Positions 19,018-28,865 of a stretch of DNA of 64,000 nt are shown here, piece after piece. The translations under genes were made by a program, and so were the position numbers. A model generated the notes under the pieces. That model made no database searches. It saw only the letters and a program-made list of their open reading frames with translations, and was not told the origin of the DNA. Numbering within the stretch: position 1 is the stretch's first letter; each line of letters begins with the position of its first letter. Source of the stretch: Fimbriimonadia bacterium (lineage in GTDB: Bacteria; Armatimonadota; Fimbriimonadia; Fimbriimonadales; JABRVX01); the NCBI GenBank assembly GCA_041483895.1, contig JBGPGO010000008.1, forward strand, positions 96,001 through 160,000, in the 5' to 3' direction.

Positions 19018-21108
19018 TTAGAGGTTGGCTTTCAGAAAGCGGGCGAACTCTCGGTAGATATAGGTGCGCTCTTTGGTCGGACCGTGTTTCATTCCCGGAT
19101 AGAACATCACTTGGAAGCTCTTTTGCGCCTTTTGGAGGGCCTCAACCAAGCGGACAGAATTCTGAAAATGGACGTTGTCGTCGGCAAGCCCATGCACGAT
19201 CAGCATCGCCGCCTGCAGCTTGTGGGCGTGGGTGAAGGGGGCTCCCTCCCGGTAGCCGTCTGGGTTTTCCGCTGGGGTCCGCATGTACCGCTCCGTGTAA
19301 ATCGTGTCGTACAGCTCGTAGTGGGTGACCGGCGCCCCCGACATACAGACCTTGAACGTGTCTCCGCCCAAAAACGCCGTGAGAGACGAGAGGTATCCAC
19401 CGTAGCTCCATCCCCATATTCCAATCCGCTTGCCGTCTACGTAGGATTGCCGAGCCAACCACCGCGCACCCTCGATTTGGTCGTGCGCTTCCCATTTCCC
19501 GAGGTTCAGGTAAGTAATCTTCTCGAATTTCGTTCCCTGACCGCCGGAGCCGCGTCCGTCAACCATGAAGATGATGATCCCCTTTGACGCCAGATGCTGG
19601 GAGAGCCACTCGTCGCCCCAGCGGTTCATCACAACCTGGGAACCCGGCCCGCCGTATGTGTGCATGAGCACGGGATAGCGCTTTGCCGCATCGAAACCAA
19701 CGGGCTTCAGCATTCTTGCGTGCAGCTTCTGCCCATCTCTGGTCTTTATTGTCAGAAGCTTCCATCGGGCAATCTCGTATCCCGTGGTGGCTGGGATTGT
19801 GGGTTCGATCAGGGTAGCGACCTTTCCACCGCCAACAGCGAAAACCGACGTTTCGGAGGGCGTGTTCAAGTCGCTGTGCACGTCCAAATAGTGGCTCGGC
19901 GACGGAGTGGCCTCGTGGTGTCCTTCCCCGCGGGTGAGCCGCTGCAGTGTTCCACCGTCGAGGGGAACGGCTACCAGGTTGCGTTCCGTCGGCGATGGGA
20001 TCGAAGCCGTGGCGTAAGCGGTCCCATCGCTAACCAAATGAATCTTCTGAATATCAAAGTCGCCTTTGGTGAGCCTGCTCTCGTTCTTCCCGCTCTTGTC
20101 ATACCGATAGATATGCCGGCGCCCATCGCGGCTGCTGAGCCAAAGAAATCCGTCGGCGGTGAACTGAATATCGCCTTGCGGATCGACCCAACGATCATCC
20201 GTGTCGGTTAGAATCACTCGGCACTTGCCGGTATTTGGGTCGGCGGTCAGCAGGTCGATCCGGTTCTGCAGTCGCGGCATTCTCTGAATAAGTAGCTTGC
20301 CGGTGGGAGACCACTGCATCCGGGCCAGATAACCGTCCGCCTCATGCCTCGTTTGCATTTCCACCCGTTTGCGCGTCGCCAGTTTGAGGACATGGATGGA
20401 TACGATCGGGTTGGGATCGCCGGCCTTTGGATATCGCGTCTTCCGATACGTCGGGTGCTGCCCGGAGTAGTCGGTGATGATGTATTCGGGGACGCGCCGC
20501 TCATCTACCAGGAAAAAGGCGATACGCTTGCCGTCCGGAGACCAGGCCCAACCGTCCACGAGGCCCAGCTCCTCCTCGTACACCCACCCGAATCTTCCAA
20601 CGTACACCTGCGGCTTTGCCAGCCGGGTCAGCCTCCGTTCCTTCCCAGATTGCAGGTCCAATGTCCACAGATCGTCGTCCCGGACGAATCCAAGAAGCCT
20701 GCCGTCCGGTGAAAACTTGGCGTTTCTCTGGACGCCTGAATGCCGAGTGAGCCTCCGCATCTTTCGCGTTGCCATTGAATATAGAAAATAATCTCCCTGG
20801 CCGGAAAATCGTGTCGGAGGATCGGAGTGAAATAGGAGATGCTTCTCATCCGGCGACCAGCAATAGTTCGTGATCCCGGGCTTGCGGCCCTTGCTAATAC
20901 GAATACCGGCGCCGGAAACGGCGATCGCGCTTTTGCCCGTCCCGGCATCGAACATCCAGAGGGATTTGAACTCCACCCCGTCCACTTCCAATAGATAGCT
21001 CAGCCGCTTGCCGTCTTTCAGCCATTGCGGGGAAACGATGGCCCGGTGCTTGAATTTCTCGTTCAAGTAGGCGTCTTCGAGGGTGATCGGCCTCCGTCGT
21101 TTGCTCAT
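19018..21108 (-). CDS. S9B dipeptidyl-peptidase IV family protein
   Basis: WVYEEE, YPKAGDPNP, YGGPGSQ, GWSYGG, DDNVH, GMKH catalytic motifs. Confidence 0.95.
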   Translation of the reverse strand: MSKRRRPITLEDAYLNEKFKHRAIVSPQWLKDGKRLSYLLEVDGVEFKSLWMFDAGTGKSAIAVSGAGIRISKGRKPGITNYCWSPDEKHLLFHSDPPTRFSGQGDYFLYSMATRKMRRLTRHSGVQRNAKFSPDGRLLGFVRDDDLWTLDLQSGKERRLTRLAKPQVYVGRFGWVYEEELGLVDGWAWSPDGKRIAFFLVDERRVPEYIITDYSGQHPTYRKTRYPKAGDPNPIVSIHVLKLATRKRVEMQTRHEADGYLARMQWSPTGKLLIQRMPRLQNRIDLLTADPNTGKCRVILTDTDDRWVDPQGDIQFTADGFLWLSSRDGRRHIYRYDKSGKNESRLTKGDFDIQKIHLVSDGTAYATASIPSPTERNLVAVPLDGGTLQRLTRGEGHHEATPSPSHYLDVHSDLNTPSETSVFAVGGGKVATLIEPTIPATTGYEIARWKLLTIKTRDGQKLHARMLKPVGFDAAKRYPVLMHTYGGPGSQVVMNRWGDEWLSQHLASKGIIIFMVDGRGSGGQGTKFEKITYLNLGKWEAHDQIEGARWLARQSYVDGKRIGIWGWSYGGYLSSLTAFLGGDTFKVCMSGAPVTHYELYDTIYTERYMRTPAENPDGYREGAPFTHAHKLQAAMLIVHGLADDNVHFQNSVRLVEALQKAQKSFQVMFYPGMKHGPTKERTYIYREFARFLKANL

Positions 21109-21257
21109 CCCCCATAGGTTCGCCGCAAGTTCGAAACTCCTTGCCCTTCTTTGCGACCCCTTGCCAGTCATTGCCGATACTGATATACTGTCATATCGTC
21201 ATCGGGCGCGACCTCGGTGGAGCGGGGTTGCACCGTTGCTACCTAGTGAGGTGAACA

Positions 21258-21980
21258 ATGGCGGAACCCATTCGTCAGTCGGACATCGCCGAGGCTGATG
21301 CCGAACAGGGCTTTTATTGGCTTGGCGGCTTTCTGCTCGTTCTCGTGCTGGGCTTCCTTCTCTACAAGTACGGCAGCCAGAATCCCGGCGGGATTGTCCT
21401 CATGGCTCTGTCTCCCATCGGGCTCGTGATGGGGATTCGCAAGTTTTATTCGGCGAAACATGTACCCGGCGTATCGGTGGAGTGCCCGTACTGTCGCGGA
21501 CACTCGAACTTTCTCGATGCGCCGAAGACGGATTTCACGTGCGCGGCCTGTCATCGCCGCGTCGCGGTGGATAATGGCCGCATTCTTGACACGATCGAGG
21601 TCAAGTGCGGCTTTTGCGGGACATTGCAGAAGTTTTCGGAACGAACGGAGGTCGCGCTCTGCGAGGAGTGCGACCGGGAGATCCCATTGGCAACGTCGCC
21701 GACGGGGGAGATGCGCCACCTCGCAAAAGGCCTGGCGCTGGATGACGATGCGCGTCCCTACGATCTGATCCTACGCGCGACCGGCACCCGGCCGGACGAG
21801 ACGATTGCCGCCCTGCAGCACATCCTGGCGCTAAACCGCATCCAGGTGAAGGAGATATTGGAGAGGCTGCCTGCCACGCTGCTCACCGGGATCCCAAAAC
21901 GAAAGGCGCAGATGCTGCAGGAGGATTTGCGGAAAGTTGGGGCGCGGACGGAAATGATCCTGACGGGTGGAACGGCCTGA
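21258..21980 (+). CDS. 2-TM protein with four CxxC pairs and a C-terminal L7/L12-CTD-like domain
   Basis: CPYC, CAAC, CGFC, CEEC; LALNRIQVKEILERLPATLLTGIPKRKAQMLQEDLRKVGA. Confidence 0.7.
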   Translation: MAEPIRQSDIAEADAEQGFYWLGGFLLVLVLGFLLYKYGSQNPGGIVLMALSPIGLVMGIRKFYSAKHVPGVSVECPYCRGHSNFLDAPKTDFTCAACHRRVAVDNGRILDTIEVKCGFCGTLQKFSERTEVALCEECDREIPLATSPTGEMRHLAKGLALDDDARPYDLILRATGTRPDETIAALQHILALNRIQVKEILERLPATLLTGIPKRKAQMLQEDLRKVGARTEMILTGGTA

Positions 21981-22022
21981 ACGCTCGGCCCGTTCCCGCT
22001 AGGTGGCTGGTAGAATGCCCCC

Positions 22023-23036
22023 ATGCCGGTCATCGTCGCCGAACATCTATGCAAGAACTACGTCTCCCATAAAAAGGAGCCGGGGGTTCTTGGCGCGCTG
22101 CGAAGCCTCGTCACTCGTGAAAAGACGGAAGTGCGGGCGGTGGACGATGTCAACTTCACCATAGAAGAGGGCGAGCTGGTTGGGTTCCTCGGCCCGAACG
22201 GAGCGGGGAAGACCACAACGCTGAAGATGCTGACCGGAATTCTCTTTCCGACCAGCGGGCATGCGAGCGTCCTTGGCTATACCCCGTGGGAGCGAAGGGT
22301 CCCGATGCAGCGGCAGATCGCGCTGGTGATGGGGCAGAAGATGAATCTTTGGTGGGACCTGCCGGCATTCGACAGCTTCATCCTGTTCCGGGAGCTGTAC
22401 GAGGTGCCGCACGACGAGTTCAGGAAGCGGCTGGACTACCTTGCGGAGTCGCTCGCTGTGACCGACAAGCTTCACGTCCAGGTACGAAAGCTGTCCCTTG
22501 GAGAGCGCATGAAGTGCGAGCTGATCGCCGCACTGCTCCATAACCCCAGAGTTCTGTTTCTCGACGAGCCCACGATCGGCCTCGACCTCGTATCACAGAA
22601 GCGCATTCGTGAGTTTCTGCTGGACCTGAATCGGCGGGATCGCTGCACCATCCTGCTGACAAGCCACTACATGCAGGATGTGCAGGCCCTTTGCGAGCGT
22701 GTGCTGATCATCGATCGCGGCAAGCTGCTATACGATGACCACCTGTCGAAGCTCGCAAGAATGCACGGGGGCAGCCGGGTCCTGCGACTGCAATTCGAGA
22801 CGCCGGTAGATCGCGGCGACCTGGAGCGCTTCGGCCGGGTGCTGCAGTTCGATGATCTCTCGGCGGAGCTGGAAGTCTCCCGCGACCAGACCAGCCATGT
22901 GGCGGCGGGAGTTTTGGAGGCATTTCCGGTAGCGGACATCACGATTGGCGAGCCGCCCATCGAAGACGTCATCAGCGAGATATTTAGCGGCGGCAAAGTG
23001 CCAATCGCTGAGCCGTCGGCCCAACCGTTGCCATGA
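22023..23036 (+). CDS. ABC transporter ATP-binding protein (ABC-2 type)
   Basis: GPNGAGKTT, LSLGERMK, LFLDEPTIGLD, TSH. Confidence 0.95.
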   Translation: MPVIVAEHLCKNYVSHKKEPGVLGALRSLVTREKTEVRAVDDVNFTIEEGELVGFLGPNGAGKTTTLKMLTGILFPTSGHASVLGYTPWERRVPMQRQIALVMGQKMNLWWDLPAFDSFILFRELYEVPHDEFRKRLDYLAESLAVTDKLHVQVRKLSLGERMKCELIAALLHNPRVLFLDEPTIGLDLVSQKRIREFLLDLNRRDRCTILLTSHYMQDVQALCERVLIIDRGKLLYDDHLSKLARMHGGSRVLRLQFETPVDRGDLERFGRVLQFDDLSAELEVSRDQTSHVAAGVLEAFPVADITIGEPPIEDVISEIFSGGKVPIAEPSAQPLP

Positions 23037-24178
23037 GCGCGAAGGACGAGATCCATATCATTGGCGCCGGGCCGGCGGGTCTGTCCGCTGCCATCTACCT
23101 GGCAAAACGCGGCAGAGCGGTGCACGTCCATGAAAAGCGTTCGGCCCCCGGCCTCCGCCATCACGGCTTCCAGGGGATGGAAAACTGGAGCGGGAAACTG
23201 CAGGTCCCGGAAGCTCTCCGATCGATGGAAATAGAACCCGACTTTCTCTTGCGGCCCGTGCGCGAAGTGACCTACATTGGGCCGGAGCGCAATCAGCATC
23301 TGGTCAAGTCCCCCGATCCGATCTTCTATCTCGTCCGGCGGGGAGATGAGGAGGATTCGCTCGATCGGGCTCTGGTCCGGCAGGCGACGGCATGCGGCGC
23401 GAAGATTACGTTCAACGATCCGGTCGAAATCCCTCCGCCCGGTTCTATCGTCGGCATCGGTCCCACGTACGCCACGGCGATTGCGAAGGGGATCGTATTT
23501 CGCACAGACATGCCGGATGCGTTTCTCTGCATTGTCGATCCCATGCTTGCACCGAAGGCCTATGCCTATCTGCTGGCGTGCGGTGGATCGGCGACGCTGG
23601 CGGTCATGTTGACGGAAGAATTCAAGACGGTTAGTAGCTGCCTGCAGCGGGCGATAGACGAGTTTCAACAACTTCGTCCGTTCTCTATGGAGGATGTAGA
23701 GGAGTTTGGCGGCGCGGGAAACATTCATTTCACTGAGGCGCGAATGGTGGAAGGCCGGTATATCGTCGGCGAATGTGTGGGCGCCCAGGATGCCTTGTGG
23801 GGATTCGGGATAACCTACGCCCTGCGCTCGGGCCGGCTCGCCGCCCAATGCCTGCATGAGGGTACGAACTACGACAGGCGATTTCGCAAGGAATTGCTGC
23901 CCGCCATTCGCAAATTGCTGGTCAGCCGATGGCTCTACGAGCGGGTTCCACCAAGCGCATACGAACGATATCTGACCAAGTTCTCCGCCGCCCCCGACGC
24001 GCGCATCATGCTTCGCGATACCTATGGCAAGGCGTCGTTTCTGAACATACTGTATCCGATTGCCAAGAGAAAATACTGCCGGGACATCGGCGACAGGAGG
24101 CGCCACAAAGAGGACTGCCAGTGCGTCTGGTGCCGATTGGAGGCCGGGGAATTTGCCTCCGGCGAGTTATTCCCGTAA
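23033..24178 (+). CDS. FAD-dependent oxidoreductase, geranylgeranyl-reductase-like
   Basis: IIGAGPAGLSAA, VGECVGAQDALWGFGITYALRSGRLAA. Confidence 0.85.
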   Translation: MSAKDEIHIIGAGPAGLSAAIYLAKRGRAVHVHEKRSAPGLRHHGFQGMENWSGKLQVPEALRSMEIEPDFLLRPVREVTYIGPERNQHLVKSPDPIFYLVRRGDEEDSLDRALVRQATACGAKITFNDPVEIPPPGSIVGIGPTYATAIAKGIVFRTDMPDAFLCIVDPMLAPKAYAYLLACGGSATLAVMLTEEFKTVSSCLQRAIDEFQQLRPFSMEDVEEFGGAGNIHFTEARMVEGRYIVGECVGAQDALWGFGITYALRSGRLAAQCLHEGTNYDRRFRKELLPAIRKLLVSRWLYERVPPSAYERYLTKFSAAPDARIMLRDTYGKASFLNILYPIAKRKYCRDIGDRRRHKEDCQCVWCRLEAGEFASGELFP

Positions 24179-24252
24179 CGCTCGGGTTATGCATTCGGGC
24201 ACAATCCTGGTAGGCTTAAGCCCATCTCCCCTAGGAAAGGCACCATTGGACC

Positions 24253-25281
24253 GTGATTGTCGCCCTGTCTCACGCTGCAACTGAGGAACAGATTCGCACT
24301 ATTGAAAAGCGAATCGCCAAAGAAAATCTTAAGGTCGTCCGCATGCCTGGCGATGACCGCGTCGTCATCGGCATCATCAGCTCAATTCCGGCCGATACAC
24401 GATACGACCTGGCGGACTCTCTCGATCGAATGGAGGGCGTGGATCATATCACCCACGTCAGCCGGCCATATAAGCTGGCAAGCCGAGAGTTTCACGCGCA
24501 CGACACGGTGGTCCAAGTGGGCGACTGCGCGTTCGGAGGGAAGGCGGTCGTCGTCATTGCCGGTCCTTGTTCCATCGAAAGCGAAGAGCAGATGCTGGAA
24601 TGCGCCAACGGGTCGAAGGCCGCGGGAGCGACAATGCTGCGTGGCGGAGCGTTCAAGCCCCGGTCCTCTCCCTACGCATTTCAGGGCCTCGCGAAACAGG
24701 GCCTGGAGATCATGCGGGATGTGGGTAAGCAGGTTGGGCTGAAGACGGTTTCCGAAGTGATGTCGCCGCAGGATGTTGGCCTAGTCGCCGACCATGTGGA
24801 CATGCTGCAGATCGGCGCTCGCAGCATGCAGAACTTCCCCCTGCTTGTCGAAGCGGGAAATTCGGGCCATCCGATTCTTTTGAAACGCGGGCCGAGCGCG
24901 ACCGTAGACGAATTTCTGCTCGCCGCGGAATACCTGCTGTCTCGATCGGACAATGATGTGGTGCTATGCGAGCGCGGCGTGCATCCGCTCGACAGAACCT
25001 ATACGCGAAATACGTTGGACCTTAGCATCGTGCCCGTGCTGAAGGAGATTTCGCATCTGCCGGTCGTGGTCGATCCAAGCCACGGGACCGGGCATGCCAA
25101 GTACGTGCCTTCGATGGCGCTAGCGGCTGTGGCGTGCGGGGCGGACGGTCTCATTGTGGAGATGCATCCCAACCCGTCACAGGCGATGTCCGATGCCGCC
25201 CAGGCGCTCCTCCCCGACGCGCTGTGCAAGATGGTTGAGGATTGCCGCAAGGTTGCGGAGGCGGTAGGCAGGTCGATTTAG
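24253..25281 (+). CDS. aroF: 3-deoxy-7-phosphoheptulonate (DAHP) synthase, class I-beta with N-terminal regulatory domain
   Basis: IAGPCSIES, RGGAFKPRSSPYAFQG, QIGARSMQN, LCERG, DPSH. Confidence 0.95.
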   Translation: MIVALSHAATEEQIRTIEKRIAKENLKVVRMPGDDRVVIGIISSIPADTRYDLADSLDRMEGVDHITHVSRPYKLASREFHAHDTVVQVGDCAFGGKAVVVIAGPCSIESEEQMLECANGSKAAGATMLRGGAFKPRSSPYAFQGLAKQGLEIMRDVGKQVGLKTVSEVMSPQDVGLVADHVDMLQIGARSMQNFPLLVEAGNSGHPILLKRGPSATVDEFLLAAEYLLSRSDNDVVLCERGVHPLDRTYTRNTLDLSIVPVLKEISHLPVVVDPSHGTGHAKYVPSMALAAVACGADGLIVEMHPNPSQAMSDAAQALLPDALCKMVEDCRKVAEAVGRSI

Positions 25282-26420
25282 GGCGGAATCGGCGCCAGGC
25301 CCTCAATATACACGACGGCTTCGAACAGCGCCTCATATCGGTCGATCATCAGTTGCTTCGTGAACAACTTTTCGACCCGCTCCCGGCCGGCCTCCCCCAT
25401 TTCCGCGCAAAGCTCCGTATTGTTCAGCAGGTGCTCCACATTCTCCGCCATCATTTCCGGTTGGCCCGCCGGCGAGATGGCGCCGTGCACATCGGTCTGC
25501 AAAATGTCCCGGACGCTGCCCACGTCGGTCGTGCAGACGGGTATGCCGGATGCCATCCCTTCGAGCAAAACTTGCGGGAAAGTTTCTACCACGGGGCGAG
25601 ACGTGAGGACCAAAACATCGAAAGCCCTTACCACCTTGTCGACATCGTTTCGAGGGCCTAGGAACACGACCGTACCGGCCACCCCACGATCCTTGGCAAT
25701 GCGTTGCAACGTCTCTCGGCGGTCCCCATCGCCCACGATGACGAATCGCGCGTTTGGCAGCCTTTTCTTGAGCAGAACCGCCATATCGATGAAAAACTCG
25801 TGGTTCTTTTCCTTGCGCAACGCGCCCACGATGCCGACGAGCTGAAGATAGGATGCGAAGCCGAGTCGTTCTTTGTCCGCAGGCTTATCCACAGCGGGAG
25901 TAAATCGATGCGTGTCGATACCGACCGGGATCACCGCGAATCGATCCGGTGTGATTCGCTCGTGCCGAGACAGGTATCCACGGTGGGTTTCTGAGAGGGC
26001 GACGAAGCGGTCGGCGACGGGGAGTGCGACGCGCTTCGAGACAAAATACCGGCCCAGCCGTTCATGCTGACCCATCGAGTGGTATCCGACGATGAGCCGT
26101 TTCAGGTGGCCGGTCCGTTTCATGATGCCCGCCCAAAAGAGGGGCAGGGGGCTGTCCGTCACGTACAGCACGTCGGTCTGGAGCCGCATGATCAGCTCCC
26201 GAAGATTGAAATAGGTCCACAAGCTAAAGCGGTTCGGGCCGAGGCGTTGGTAGAACTCCGCCCCCTGCTCGATCATCTGCTCTCCAACCGGCCCGGGACC
26301 GTATAAGGTTGCGACGGACGGCAGGAAACGGCCCCGGTCGAGGCCGTTGTGGACCGTCTGGACCAGCCTATCCTCTCCGCCATGCAAGAGCTGCGCGTGC
26401 AGGAACAGCAATCGAATCAT
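25278..26420 (-). CDS. GT4 family glycosyltransferase
   Basis: GALRKEKN, ETFPQVLLEGMASGIPVCTTDVG. Confidence 0.93.
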   Translation of the reverse strand: MIRLLFLHAQLLHGGEDRLVQTVHNGLDRGRFLPSVATLYGPGPVGEQMIEQGAEFYQRLGPNRFSLWTYFNLRELIMRLQTDVLYVTDSPLPLFWAGIMKRTGHLKRLIVGYHSMGQHERLGRYFVSKRVALPVADRFVALSETHRGYLSRHERITPDRFAVIPVGIDTHRFTPAVDKPADKERLGFASYLQLVGIVGALRKEKNHEFFIDMAVLLKKRLPNARFVIVGDGDRRETLQRIAKDRGVAGTVVFLGPRNDVDKVVRAFDVLVLTSRPVVETFPQVLLEGMASGIPVCTTDVGSVRDILQTDVHGAISPAGQPEMMAENVEHLLNNTELCAEMGEAGRERVEKLFTKQLMIDRYEALFEAVVYIEGLAPIPP

Positions 26421-26442
26421 TCGATAGTATTATGGCCGACCG

Positions 26443-28854
26443 CTATTTCGTCGCCCAATCGTTGGTGAAGTAGCCCGCAGCCAAAACTCCGCCTGCGCCC
26501 TTCTCGAGAGTGTCGGGGCCGAACAAAACGTAATCCGGCAAGGAAACGCCGGATATGAAATAGCGCGGGTCGGTTGAGGCTCTTATCGCTAGCGTCGAAG
26601 TGCTGCCGACGACGCCGACGAGACCCGTTTCATGGCCGGAACGGGGATAGACGAACCAGGCTGAGATGTCACCTGTGTATTCCTTACCATCGATGATGGC
26701 ACGGTTGCGGTGGATGCTGATCGGACAATCGGCAAGCAGGGAGACAAAGGCGGTGTTGGTTTCGGAGTTGCCGTACAGTATGATGTTGCGGCCGTGGACC
26801 GATTCGGGTTTGAACTGCGTATCGGGCACTACAAGAACGTTGCCATTCCCGCGATACCACCAGGTCTCTTGCTCGAAACGGACCCGGGCCAGCAATGCGT
26901 CGTTCTCCTCCGGCGTCCCGTGCGTCCCGTACACCCAGACCATATCGTTTGTGAACGCGAGCTTGAACGGTCCGTTTTGAGAGGGATTTTTCTTGTCCGG
27001 GCGCTCGATCCCCGCGCGCCATTTGGTTCCAATCTTTTCTACCACGAACGGAGATTTCGTGTCGGCATCGGTTACGGGCAGACCGTCGCAAAGCACCTTG
27101 ATCGTGCGCCCCGGCAGCATCTTCGTCAGATCGAATCGGATTGCCTCTATGTTCTCGGTGGTTACCTGCAGCTCCGATCGATCGGGCCGCAATGTGGCTG
27201 TCACTTTGCTGATGCCGCCCGGCTCCGATTGACGCAGCACAGTCAGCCAAAAGTGTTGCGATGAGACCGCCGGGTTTTGGGTCGCGAACGATATCGCTAA
27301 GGGGCAGTCCGGGCGCACTCTTTGCTCGAAGAAATCATTGCGCGGCTTATAGTCCATGCATTCCGCGCCGGGATAGTCGGGGGAATCATACCAGTGCCCG
27401 GCGCCCGACTCTTCATGCGTGTGAAAGTCCGGGTGGTCCTTCAGCTTTTCTTTCATCGTGGTCAACTCGGTAAACGGCACGTTGTCATCGGCGGTGCCGT
27501 GCACGGCATATATCGGAAGGTTATCGTAATTGCTGAGAAGGGAGAGGGTGTCGCTCTCCAGCTTGCATCGTTGCAGCGGATCGTCGCCCACGACCGGCGC
27601 CCCGCCGCCATAGCTGAAGAACGAGACCCATGCCGAGGACGGACCGATTGCGGCCCAAAGCGATGGGTAAAGCGCCCCGAGATACCAGGTCCCGTGGCCG
27701 CCCATGGAATGGCCGGTGAGATAGATGCGGTTCGGATCGATTGCATGCTTTGCCGTGAAATCGGCGAGCGTTTCGAGCGCATCCATCCGGCCCCATTCCT
27801 GCCAGTCGAAGCCAAATGGCCGGCGATTGGTCGGCGCAACCATCCACGTGTTGACCTTTGTGTATGTCGCGCCGATCTGCCCATTGGCCTCGACCCCGGC
27901 GCCGTGCAATGTGAGCTGCATCGGCGCGGGGCCTGGGGCCGGATGCAGCGGCGGACGGACGGCGTAATATTGCACGGAACCGTCGATCTTGGAAAGGCGA
28001 GTGACGGCATATTGATCGCCAGGCTGCCGGACACTGATTGCAATGATTTGTGTGTGCGTTTCTCCCCGATATTTCAATTTCACCGTCAACTGCACGCGGC
28101 CGTCCTTGTCCTTGTCCTCTGCCTCCACATCGCGCTTCTGGACGATGGGGAAGGGGGGTTTGAGGATGCCGTACGGCAGGATATCGGCCAGTTTCACCAC
28201 CTGCCGCGCGAAAACCGGTCCCTCAATCTCCAGCGTACCGCCACTCAGCGCAGTAGGCAAGTGATTGGCGATGACGACAGCGCCGAAAGACTTAAGCCGC
28301 TCGCCGACGCGAACGTCCGGCACAAGCGTATCCCGCTCCGTCAGGGAGCATGAACCGGACACTGGTGACAGGTTGAATGAAAAATTCCCACGACTTGAAC
28401 GGACGATGAAAACATTCTTGCCTTTGCGCAGCGGGACGACAATTTTGAGAATGCCGAGACCATACACGTCTCCCACAAAGGGAAGCCCGTTGACAAACAG
28501 GTGGCTGAATCCGCCGCCGGTCAGAAAAACGGGACCTTCCGATTGAGCATCTACGGTGGTCGCTGCCCAGCCGTTTTGGAACCGCTCCGATTCAACGCCG
28601 CCATCCACCTTGGTTGTCGCGGTTTCCGTCCAATCCGGATCGACGTTCGGGTTGCGGGCAATCTGATCGGCGATGGAATCTACGACAAACGGAATCCTGC
28701 CACCGGTACCCTGATATCTGGACACTTTCCAAATCAGTTTCCCCGCGGAAACATCGGATGGGAGGACTTGGGAATGCGAAAATTGGCACGACAGCAGCAA
28801 TGCGCAAACGGCGAATATGTTGTTAAGCATCATCGTGCCCATGGTACCAGCCAT
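26443..28854 (-). CDS. Secreted alpha/beta-hydrolase (S9-like peptidase/esterase)
   Basis: LHGAG, YLTGHSMGGHG, HGTADDNVP, GHW. Confidence 0.85.
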   Translation of the reverse strand: MAGTMGTMMLNNIFAVCALLLSCQFSHSQVLPSDVSAGKLIWKVSRYQGTGGRIPFVVDSIADQIARNPNVDPDWTETATTKVDGGVESERFQNGWAATTVDAQSEGPVFLTGGGFSHLFVNGLPFVGDVYGLGILKIVVPLRKGKNVFIVRSSRGNFSFNLSPVSGSCSLTERDTLVPDVRVGERLKSFGAVVIANHLPTALSGGTLEIEGPVFARQVVKLADILPYGILKPPFPIVQKRDVEAEDKDKDGRVQLTVKLKYRGETHTQIIAISVRQPGDQYAVTRLSKIDGSVQYYAVRPPLHPAPGPAPMQLTLHGAGVEANGQIGATYTKVNTWMVAPTNRRPFGFDWQEWGRMDALETLADFTAKHAIDPNRIYLTGHSMGGHGTWYLGALYPSLWAAIGPSSAWVSFFSYGGGAPVVGDDPLQRCKLESDTLSLLSNYDNLPIYAVHGTADDNVPFTELTTMKEKLKDHPDFHTHEESGAGHWYDSPDYPGAECMDYKPRNDFFEQRVRPDCPLAISFATQNPAVSSQHFWLTVLRQSEPGGISKVTATLRPDRSELQVTTENIEAIRFDLTKMLPGRTIKVLCDGLPVTDADTKSPFVVEKIGTKWRAGIERPDKKNPSQNGPFKLAFTNDMVWVYGTHGTPEENDALLARVRFEQETWWYRGNGNVLVVPDTQFKPESVHGRNIILYGNSETNTAFVSLLADCPISIHRNRAIIDGKEYTGDISAWFVYPRSGHETGLVGVVGSTSTLAIRASTDPRYFISGVSLPDYVLFGPDTLEKGAGGVLAAGYFTNDWATK

Positions 28855-28865
28855 GGGAGGCAGGG

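Noticed and set aside
22667..24106. Long antisense ORFs (also 5113-6264, 27322-28353, 48001-49041)
   Set aside because: Shadows of well-supported genes, expected in GC-rich DNA; no motifs
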